DNA of 64,000 nt. Origin: the human T2T-CHM13v2.0 reference genome, Homo sapiens. A program made the translations under genes and the position numbers. Positions within the stretch are counted from its first letter, which is position 1; each line of letters starts with the position of its first letter. Where the stretch lies: assembly GCF_009914755.1 (NCBI RefSeq), contig NC_060934.1, one strand, 5' to 3'. Below are positions 54,312-64,000 of this stretch, piece by piece. Below the pieces are notes generated by a model. It was not told the DNA's origin and did no database searches. It was given only the letters and a program-made list of their open reading frames with translations.

Positions 54312-54619
54312 ATTTATTTATTTATTTATTTATTTTTTGAGAGAGAGTCTCGCTCTGTCCCCCAGGCTGGAGTGCAGTGGTGAAATCTTGGCTCACGGCA
54401 ACCTCCGCCTCCCAGGTTCAAGCGATTTTACTGCCTCAGCCTCCCAAGTAGCTGAGATTACAGGCGCCCACCACCATGCCCAGCTAATTTTTGTATTTTT
54501 AGTAGAGACGGGGTTTCACCATGTTGGCCAGGCTGGTCTTGAACTCCTGACCTCAGGTGATCCACCCGCCTCGACTTCCAAAGTGCTGGGATTACAGGTG
54601 TGAGTCACCACACCTGGCC
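54312..54619 (-). mobile_element. AluS (Sx-like)
   Basis: (TTTA)n tail; gacctcaggtgatccacccgcc. Confidence 0.93.
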
Positions 54620-54629
54620 TAATTTATCT

Positions 54630-54915
54630 TTTAACAGACTTTATTTTAGAGCAGTTTTAGCTATACAGAATAATTGCACAGAAAGTACAGAGTTCCCATA
54701 TGCCCCCTTCCTCCCCTGTGAGCAGTTTCTCCTATTATTAACTTCCTGCATTTGTGTGTTTCAACTGCTGCAATTGATGAACCAACACTGCTCTGTTGTT
54801 ACTAGCAGAAGTCCACACGTCAGGGTTTGTGTGTTGCGCATTCTGTGGGTTTTGACGAATGCACAGTATCATGTACCCACCATCCGGTATCATGCCTCCC
54901 GTGTATTTTCAGTGC
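54630..54915 (-). mobile_element. L1MC-type 3' fragment
   Basis: agactttattttagagcagttttag..cagaaagtacagagttcccatat..ttctgtgggttttgac. Confidence 0.75.
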
Positions 54916-55499
54916 TGGGGCCAAAAAAAGCTTTTGCGGGTAGAAAAAGAGAAGGCTCTAGAATTTTACCACAGATGTCAGGCTTAGATTAGGTCAAGAA
55001 GGTCAGTATTAAGATAGCCCTGATGAAGAATCAGGAACTACAGGCGGCGTAGGTGCTGGTGGCTGGGGATGAGGCCAAGAACCACCTATCACCCTTGCCA
55101 CAGTGCCGCCAGACAGGTCCCTCCACATAGGCCACCCTCTTGCCTCTGCTTTGGGACCAACAAACCCCATGGCCTGGAAGGGCCTCAACCTGTGGCCATG
55201 GGGTTTGGTGGCCCCAAAGCAGAGGAAAGAGGGCGGCCTACGGTGCCCCACCATGAGCTCCAGCTGGTCAGATCTGAGTCTGCAATTGGAGAAGCTTCCT
55301 GCCCTCAGGAGAGGAAGACTCGGGACACCTGTGGGTGGCAGGTCAGGCTGTGCTCTGCATTGTGAGCAAGCCCAGGCCTGCACGGCTTGGATCCAAAGCT
55401 ACGCAGTGAGGCCTGCTCTGCTCTCCTGGGTAGTTGCAGCGGGACCCCTCACATTCTCCTACATTTGAAGAAGTGAACATCCTCCTGGTAGTCTGGGTG

Positions 55500-55700
55500 C
55501 CGCTCCAGGCTCCTGCCCCTTGCTTGCTGGGTGACCCTGGACAAATCTATAACACCTCGCTTTGGCTTTCAGTTTCCTCACCCATAAAACGGGGACCATC
55601 CTAGTATCACCTAATGATAGGTGAGTTGCAAAGGCTGGGGCAGATGACCCAGCTCCTTCCACCGTACCTGGCGCACTGAGACACTCAGTGCATATTCATG
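55500..55700 (+). mobile_element. MIR fragment
   Basis: gggtgaccctggacaa..ttcagtttcctcacccataaaacgggg..cctggcgcac. Confidence 0.6.
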
Positions 55701-56002
55701 CATGTTACTGGAATCCCAGTGGCCCCGGGTCCAGCCGCTGGTCGGGTGTAATGTCAAAGGACAGGACTCAGGGCTTCAAGAGGCTCTTCACACTGTGCAT
55801 TGTGGGGAGCTCACCTGAGCAGCGAGCAGACGCAGGAGACAGCTGGAGATGACCAGGAATCAGAGATGGCGGCTGCAGGCGGCAGAAAGAACTAGAATGC
55901 AGGCCACCAGAGTTCACGCTCGGTTATGCTGCTCAGAGGGGATAGGGGCCCCGCGGCATTCCTTGCACACCTGACTTCCCTGACTGGGACAAAGGAGTTG
56001 GT

Positions 56003-56165
56003 TAGCGTGGTGCTTCCCAAAGACGTATGCACTGAAGCCCTGGGGATCATGGTAATGTTCGTGCTGATTCTGTGGGTCTGGGGTGTGGACAGAGCATCTG
56101 CATTTCTAACAAGCACCCTCCCGGGAGTGCCCAAGCCACTGGTCCACAGAGCACACCTGGAGTCT
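56003..56165. mobile_element. MER5-type hAT MITE
   Basis: ctgattctgtgggtctggggtg..atctgcatttctaacaagc..ctggtccacagagcacac. Confidence 0.65.
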
Positions 56166-56682
56166 TAAGCAAGATCAGGACTGTATCTAAGGCTGTTTCC
56201 CGCCCCTTGCCTCCCAGGACCGCTCTATTCATCCTTCAGCCCCAAAGTCACAGCATCCCGCTGTAAACCCTCCGCATGCCTGTCCTCGCTCCCCCATCTC
56301 CCGGTTCACAGTTCTGTCGTAGTCAGTTCTTACCAAATCATAGGCACCTGCTCTAGGCCAGGGTCCATGGGCCCTGAGATACCATGGAAATGCAAAGGCA
56401 AGTCTCCGCCTTCATGCAGCATAGGATCTGGCTGATGAGACCATCACTTTGGCCACACCACTGTTCACCCCACATGAAAGAGCACCCTGGGGAAAGCCAG
56501 GGTCTGTGTCTCCTTCATTCTCTGCCCCATGCCTGGTGCAAGGTCTGAGGCAGAGACGGACTATGGACAGCAGGTAGTTTGCTCCACGTGTTTTCATTAA
56601 TTCCTGTGCTCAGTAGGGAAACTGACATGAGCATGGTGCTTGAATCCATCACATTTCATACTAACGCTACATTTTCTTCCAG

Positions 56683-56773
56683 TCATTGCCATCTGGACAC
56701 ATACAAGGAACTTTTGAACTGGCAAATAAAGAAGAAAACAGAGAAAAAAACAGATATCCCAACATCCTTCCCA
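56683..56773 (+). CDS. PTPRE: D1 exon [30 protein letters not shown] (wedge region, KNRY pTyr-recognition loop)
   Basis: Branch point tactaac 56659-56665, acceptor ttcttccag, donor CCA|gtaaga. Confidence 0.96.
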
Positions 56774-57493
56774 GTAAGATTTTATTTTATGTTTTGCATG
56801 ATCAATGGTGTTTGCACTAAACTCAGCTTTGCCTTGCAGCTCCCCATGACTGCAGGCCATTCCTGGTGCTCAGAGGCCCCAAATCAGTCTAACTGCTCAG
56901 CATTTGCACCTAGGACTCCAGAACGTTCCTCTTTAGGTGCCCATCTCCCTGCACAGGCCCTGGGTACCTTGGTTGCTCGTGGGTCTGGCTGCCAAGCCTG
57001 TGCTTACTGTTGGGACCTGGGCTGCCTGGGGCCCAGCGGGTAAGGGTGCTGCTTCGTGGCCATGGGTGCCAGCTGGCAGGGCCCCTCCTGTGGAACTCAG
57101 GCCTGGCACCCAGTCTAGGCCTGCCAGTGGCCCTGGGCAGCTCCCTTCCCTCAGACTCAGTGCTTGTGACCACAAGCTGCAAATCCCTAGAGTTGTCTGG
57201 GGTCCTGGACCAATGACAAAAATAATAGAATACGAAATTTGTAGGTGGGCAGCAGCTTTGTAGGAAGGCTCTGAATCGACCTGATTTAACCCCAGCAGTA
57301 CAAGTGGGCATGGGCTGGGGAGCGTGGGTGCCAGGAGGTGGCAGGGCCAGAGAGCAGACGGATGTGTGCGGGGGTGCGTCTCGGTGACCTGCTCCAGCTG
57401 GATGGGTCGTGACCTGGGGGCAGCTTTCACAGCCTGTCTTGGTGCCAAGACAAACCCTGTAGGTTCTGAACCGCCTTTGTAAGAGCTGGCCCG

Positions 57494-57790
<297 letters not shown>

Positions 57791-59235
57791 GATCTGGCCC
57801 AGCAGCAGGGGGGCGGGGCGTGCAGTTGGGGATCCTTCACCTGGGCCCCTCCCATCATCTGCTTTGCCCATCAGGCTAACAAAATGGCATCCTCAAAGGG
57901 CTCCACTAAGTTCAGGTTTAAATCCCGAACCTGCAGCCTCCGCCTGGTCCACAAAGGGAGTCCATCCCACCCTGCCAGGGCCTTGGTGGGATGGAGGAAG
58001 GCAGCCCATGTGGGCCCCGGAATGCTGCTCCCTGCTGCATTTTTAGGACTAGAATTGAGTTCATCTGCTCTGTATGTCAGAGCAGCTATGGTCTGTCCGA
58101 TCTGTGGTCTGTCCAAACTGTGCACTTTTTAGAAATAATTCTGTCCCATTTTACATGCGTGGGATTGATATGTGGTTTTCACAAAACCCACTGTGAACCC
58201 ATGATCCAATGAAAACTGGGAGAAATTCATCAAATAGTCTTTCATTCAACACATATGTGTAGGGGTGGCCAAGGCAACACCAGGAAGATGGGTCAGGAGG
58301 TCATGTGGTGGCCACACAGCTGAGCCTTGACAGTGGCTCAGACATGGCTAGATGCTGCACACTTTGGAGAGGATTTGTTGCCAATGGGTAGAAGATATCA
58401 CAGAAAGAGGGGAGGCAACTTACATGGCTTGAGCAGCTCAAAGGAAAGGAAGGCCGTGGCAGGAGGAGGTCTGAGATCTTTGGAATAATGTGTGTCAAAT
58501 TTGGGATATTTAGAAATTAGTTTCACTGCTTAATTTATTACCTTAATTGAGTGGTTTTAAGTTGTGCCTTGATTTGCCAACCATATGTGTTAAGAAACCG
58601 CTCGGTGCTAAGCACATTCCTGAATTCCTCATTTCTCTCAATCACTAAACCTTCATCCCTTAAAGGTAACATCACATTGTTAATTAAGACTATTTAGCTG
58701 GGACCTCTGTGGAAGCAGAATCATGGCCAAGTGTGGGCATTACCTACACCCAGTCCCCTTCTCAAAGTGTGATGGCCCAGGGCAGAGCAGTGGCCTCACC
58801 TGGGAGTCCCCCACCTGGAAGAGGCCGGGCCCACCCACTGCAAGTCTTCTCTGAGCCACGTTCTCAAGTCTTCTCTGAGCCGCGTTCTCCAGGTTGTGCT
58901 GCTGGAGTCAGTTGGCATTTCCTCCAAGCCTGAAAGTGTAGTCAGATTCAGAATGGGCTTTTCTAGATTCCCCTGTAAGATCTTTCCCCTGCTCCTGGCA
59001 GGAGCACCACACCATGGGAACCCCAGGGCCCACGCAGCTGCCCGGGACTGGGGGACCAGGACGTGGCACTTCTCACATGGGTGGAAAGATGGGTTTACAG
59101 AATGGTGGCATGGAGACGCTGTGGCCTGGCAAGGATCAATGGGGTGGCATCTGGCATTAGCCATCAGGAAGTCTTAAGGCTGAAGGGACATTGGGCAGGG
59201 AGCTCTCAGGGCTGCTCCACCCGCCCCCAGGGTGA

Positions 59236-59385
59236 CAGCCCATAGTATCACTTAGGGTGGGACTGAGAGTCACCTGGGGGAGAGGAGAGAAGGGGCCCAA
59301 CTTCCCCAGCCCCTAGTATCACTTAGGGTGGGACTGAGAGTCACCTGGGGGAGAGGAGAGAAGGGACCCAACTTCCCCAGCCCCT
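59236..59385. repeat. 71-bp tandem duplication
   Basis: tagtatcacttagggtggg at 59243 and 59314; one internal mismatch. Confidence 0.95.
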
Positions 59386-60481
59386 GGCACCTTCCCTGCC
59401 TTTCCCAGTCTTTTACCAGAGTCATAAGATGGTCCTTGGCTCTGGGCAGGCATGTGGCCCTGGGGAGCTCTGGGGTCAGAGGTCAAGGTGCTTTGCATGT
59501 CAGGCAGGCTTGACTTTTGCCTGTAGAAAGACTATAGAAAGATGGCAAGCTAGGCCTCTTTTCTGGAAAAGTGCCAACAGCTGATAATTTTAGGAAATAA
59601 TGTTTTGAATGTGAAGTGTGACTTTTTAGAATAAAAAGACAGGAAGCTCTTAGAAACTGCAAGATTCTAAATCTAAGCAGAAGGCTATATTTTACCCTGT
59701 GCTTTTCTATAGCTGTCCTCAAAGCGTAAACCATTCCAAATTATTTTCAACTAGTGTTATATGTGTTCAGCAGAGCTATTTCTGCCTGGGCATTGCCAGT
59801 CCCTGAGCAGGAGGGTCTCACAGTGAGGTCTGCAGGACTGTAAGTTTGGGGTCTGACTCCCTGGCCACCCTGTGTGGGCTGTGACTGTCTCTCAGAGCTA
59901 TACCCGCCCTTTCTCTGCTGGCAGCCCGACAGAGCTGGCTCAACCATCGGAGGTCGCAGGCCACCAGCCCGTGGCCCACCTGGCAGCCTTCCAGGTGAAG
60001 GTGAGACAAACAAGGCATGACCTGGGGGCCGCCCGGCTCCCCATCACAAACGCCACAAACACCACAAACACAACCCACCCTGATCAGAGACTAAGCAGAG
60101 AAAGCAGGGAGAGGACCTAGAGTTACTCAGTAATGACTCAGGAAGGAGACCCTAAGCTTCTACCACATGCCAGACTCTGTGCCCAGTGCAGCATAAACGT
60201 CCTCAGAACCAGCCTGGTCCCAGCCTGGCCGAGCCGGACGTTCCTGGGAAAGGTTACAGGAGGAGCAGGGCCAGGCCCACAGCACTTTTAGAAGCCCATG
60301 AAAATGTCTTCATTTCTCTTCAAATCACAAACAAAACGTGCAAAACCCATTCTGGAGTGCATCTTTTCACTGGCGACCAACCCAGTCCTAAGATAACCTT
60401 CTTAATAGTTCTATGGAGGAAGCTGCAAAGGCAGAAGTGACTACAACCCACAAAAGTCATGATGGAGCCCTGACGTGTGTG

Positions 60482-60862
60482 TACACACACACTACATGCA
60501 CACACACACACACACAACACACACACTACACACCCACCGCACATAACGCACACACATACACACTCCACACACACACCACACACTCCACACAAACATATCA
60601 CACACATACCACACACATACACACCACACACATACCACACACTACACACACACACACACACTACACATACACACCAAACCCACATGCACACATTCACACA
60701 GCATACACACTACACACATGCACACCACACATACACCACACACACTACACACATGCACCATACACACCACACACACACCACACATTACACACATACACAA
60801 CCACACACACCACACACACAATACACACACACCACACTCACTACACACACACCCCACACACA
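60482..60862. repeat. Degenerate (CA)n-rich simple repeat
   Basis: Direct reading; source of the His/Thr and Cys/Val ORFs. Confidence 0.95.
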
Positions 60863-61496
60863 GAGCACTCCACGGTCAGCCTTCTACCCCGGAAAACTGC
60901 TTGTGCAACAGGCTGGATCTACCAGACGCTCCTCACTGTGCTCGCCTTCCAGCTCTGGGGCAGACTCCGGTGGTGGGACTGAGGGTCAGAGTCCCCAATC
61001 CTAGACCCCCACATCCACTTGTCCTCATGGGGCTGGTGCTCATTTCCCTGGGAAGCCTGGGAGAGTGGACCCAGTTCTCCTGTCCTGGGGCTCTTTTAAG
61101 TGCACCCACACTTGGCAACACTGGGGCTGGGCCCAGTGCAGGGTTCATAAAATACAGCCCTTGCACTGCCAGGGGCCTGGCACATTCTGCCATTCTTGCT
61201 ATGTAATGACCCAGCAGCCCCCATCCTGGATGCTGAAATCCTACCCTTGTCGTCATGCCACAGCTGAGACAGTCAGTGTTCACCAAAGCAGGTGCATTCT
61301 CTCTCAGGACACTAGTGTTCTCCATGGGAACGCTGAGGAAGAACATCTCTGCCACCCCCGGTGTCGCTGTGAAGCTGCTTTTGCCCTTCCCAGGAGCTGA
61401 CACTGCAGATGAAGAGACAGCACTGTGATTTCTGGAAGAGACAGCACTGTGATTCCTGGTCCTAATATCTTGGCTTTGTTTGGGTTTTTTTTCCAG

Positions 61497-61573
61497 ATGA
61501 CCATTCTAGGGTGATTCTGAGCCAACTGGATGGAATTCCCTGTTCAGACTACATCAATGCTTCCTACATAGAT
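61497..61573 (+). CDS. PTPRE: D1 exon (N)DHSRVILSQLDGIPCSDYINASYID
   Basis: Acceptor ttttttccag, PTP motifs DxxRVxL and DYINAS, donor GAT|gtaagt. Confidence 0.96.
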
Positions 61574-62236
61574 GTAAGTGGGCAGAGGTTTCTTGTTCCC
61601 CTGGCCCAGCTGGGGCATGAGCAGTAAGCACTTTCTTGTCTGGTGCCCGGAGTGTAAATTGTCACAACCTTTCTGGGCAGTTTGGCCACAAGCACAAAGG
61701 GTACGGAACTGCCCGTACTTTACACACTGGCATCAGCATCTGGGAATTTGATTTCAAGAGACAGAGATGATCACAGAGGATGTTCACTACAGCATTATGT
61801 ATATTCCTGACCAAATAGAACAGGGAGCATGGGTAGTTAAACAGATTGTGGTAAAACCATGTGCAGTGGACTATTAGAACTTGATTTGTATTAATCTTTA
61901 AAAGATCATTTAATATCAATTATAAAATTCCCATTAAAAATACAACATAAAATAAATTGTACATGTTCACCCAATTAGAGGACAGAAATGTCTGCATGTC
62001 TGCTTGTGGGTGAGTCTGGGAAAGGTTTGGCAGAAAAACAGACTAGAGAGGGGACGTATGAAGTAGGATTTGTTATTTCTGGAATTGCTGGTGAGTTTTC
62101 TTTCCTTCTTAACCTTTTCCTGTGTTTTGCAAATTTTCCATGGTGAATATGTACTGCTTTCCTAACAGCAACACCAACAAATCCTTTCAGCAAAGATAAT
62201 TCTGAAAAAATATAAATCTGATGTTATTTTTTCTAG

Positions 62237-62273
62237 GGTTACAAAGAGAAGAATAAATTCATAGCAGCTCAAG
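62237..62273 (+). CDS. PTPRE: D1 37-nt mini-exon GYKEKNKFIAAQ(G)
   Basis: Acceptor ttttttctag, PTP motif FIAAQGP split across the junction, donor AAG|gtaagc. Confidence 0.95.
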
Positions 62274-63639
62274 GTAAGCTTTTTACTAATTTCTCAACGT
62301 ATTTTTGGTAACGTGAATAGCTCTTATTTCCTTCTCTGTATGCCAACAAGACCAAGGACTTATACTGGATTTGTGTGTGTGTGTTTACACCTAACAGACA
62401 CGTTAGATATCCATTCACACAACGGATATGTGTAGTCAGAGAAACACACACTTATTCCCACACCTATATGGTGTGAACACAGGGCACGCAGTGGCCCCGG
62501 CTGCCATTCCAGCTTGTTAATACTTGCATCAGATAACCTTGAATTTCTCTCAGCTGGCTGAGCCCTACATGGCACCCAAGTTTGGGCGAGGGGTTAGTGG
62601 GGTGAATAGCTTTTCAGATCAAGGCCATAACTAAGAATATACTTCAGCTGTGAAAACGTGCCCTTCACCTTGCACAGGGCTACCTTGTGTGTTGAGTACT
62701 GAATCCAGCATCACTCCGTTCCACCAGAGGTTGTCATCTGCAGGACCTGGTGTACGTGCGGTTAGATATCAGTGGAGCTGAAACCAGATTCCTCAGACTT
62801 CCTCACTCTTAGGCCAGGAGTCTTTAGGGCAATGAGCTCTGAAAGTCAGCGTCCATCAAAATCACCTGGGAAGTTGTTACAAATGCAGAATCTCTAAGAA
62901 AAAAGGACACACATGTGCACACGCAGAGGCCATCAGGAATGTGCCCAGCTGGAAACCTCAGGAAACCTGACGATCCTGGCTGAAGCAGATGAAAGCATGT
63001 GTTTCTCTCTTGCCAGCAGACACCCACAGGGAGCTAGCCCACGGCAGGACAGCAGCAGGGCCAGGGGCTTCCTTATCTCCCCGCCCATCCCCCTCAGCAC
63101 GTAGCGCTTAGCTCGGGACTGCAAAATAGCCGCAGCTCAGACAGGAAGTGGATAGGGGCAGAGGACTTTCTCCTAGTGACACTTTGTCTGTTGTTCACAT
63201 CCCCCTCCCGAGGGACTTTAGCTCATATCGTATTGGACAGCACCATGCTGAGAGTAAGATTTTGACAAAGAGGAGGGGATTGGGAATGCAGGGTGAGGCT
63301 GGCCAGTCTCTGCCTCTCGCAAGGCTTTCACCAGCTCTCCCACACTTGGCTGTAGACCCAGCCCTCATCTGAACCCTGCTTCTTACCTGTGAACGTCATA
63401 ACTCAACCTGGGCCCAATTATCTTGCCCACTGAGGAGTTCCTAGCTGGAGTGGGTGAGTGGCAGGACAGGCAGCCCCTACCGGTTCCGGAACGCTTCAGG
63501 GCATGACGTGTGTGTCCCCAACAAGCCTGAGAAGGGAGTGAACAGCTGTCCAGGGGCCAACGGCCAGGGTGCCGGGGCTGGGACCCCAAAGGGACTTCCC
63601 TTCATGCCTTTTGACTTCGAAATTGTCCTCTACACACAG

Positions 63640-63737
63640 GTCCCAAACAGGAAACGGTTAACGACTTCTGGAGAATGGTCTGGGAGCAAAAGTCTGCGAC
63701 CATCGTCATGTTAACAAACTTGAAAGAAAGGAAAGAG
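63640..63737 (+). CDS. PTPRE: D1 exon (G)[32 protein letters not shown]
   Basis: Acceptor acacacag, motifs DFWRMVWE and IVMLT, donor GAG|gtgagt. Confidence 0.96.
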
Positions 63738-64000
63738 GTGAGTTCCAGGCATCTGGCCCCGGTATCACTTCCTTTCAGCTGCTGCTGCCGGGCTGGGGAT
63801 GTTCTTACCACTTCCTTTTCCTACTTCCCTCCCTTCCTCCCACTATCACTGCAGAAAAAAACCCAAACACATGCAGTGGCTTACAGCATTTTCTTCACGA
63901 AACAAATCCCCTGTGTCCCCAGCATCTCACTGTTATCTAATCTGTGATAACACAATGACACAAGAGTTTCCTTTTTTTCCCAAGTAAGAGTGGCCCCCGG

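Noticed and set aside
60320-61206. His/Thr-rich and Cys/Val-rich ORFs
   Set aside because: Translations of the (CA)n-rich repeat.

Overview
Primate (very probably human) genomic DNA lying inside the PTPRE gene (receptor-type protein tyrosine phosphatase epsilon), + strand. The first ~41 kb is intron upstream of the first coding exon, rich in Alu, L1, MIR, MaLR LTR and DNA-transposon remnants. From 41440 to 63737 eight GT-AG exons splice in frame to the first 241 aa of receptor-type PTPe: signal peptide, short N-glycosylated ectodomain, transmembrane helix, juxtamembrane region and the first part of PTP domain D1 ([24 protein letters not shown] motifs). An internal alternative first exon (MSNRSSFSRLTW, 48205-48239) encodes the cytosolic isoform. 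The gene continues past the window. Almost all ORFs in the supplied track are spurious. I found no convincing new biological system. The best second-look items are: an intronic CpG-rich CTCF/NRF1/ETS element near 12 kb, a candidate 63-nt 5'UTR cassette exon (8853-8915), a MIR-derived 56-bp minisatellite, an internally duplicated MER44A, nested and inverted Alus, and the compact isoform switch around 48 kb. Repeat family names come from recalled consensus sequences, not from a search, so subfamilies and boundaries are approximate.
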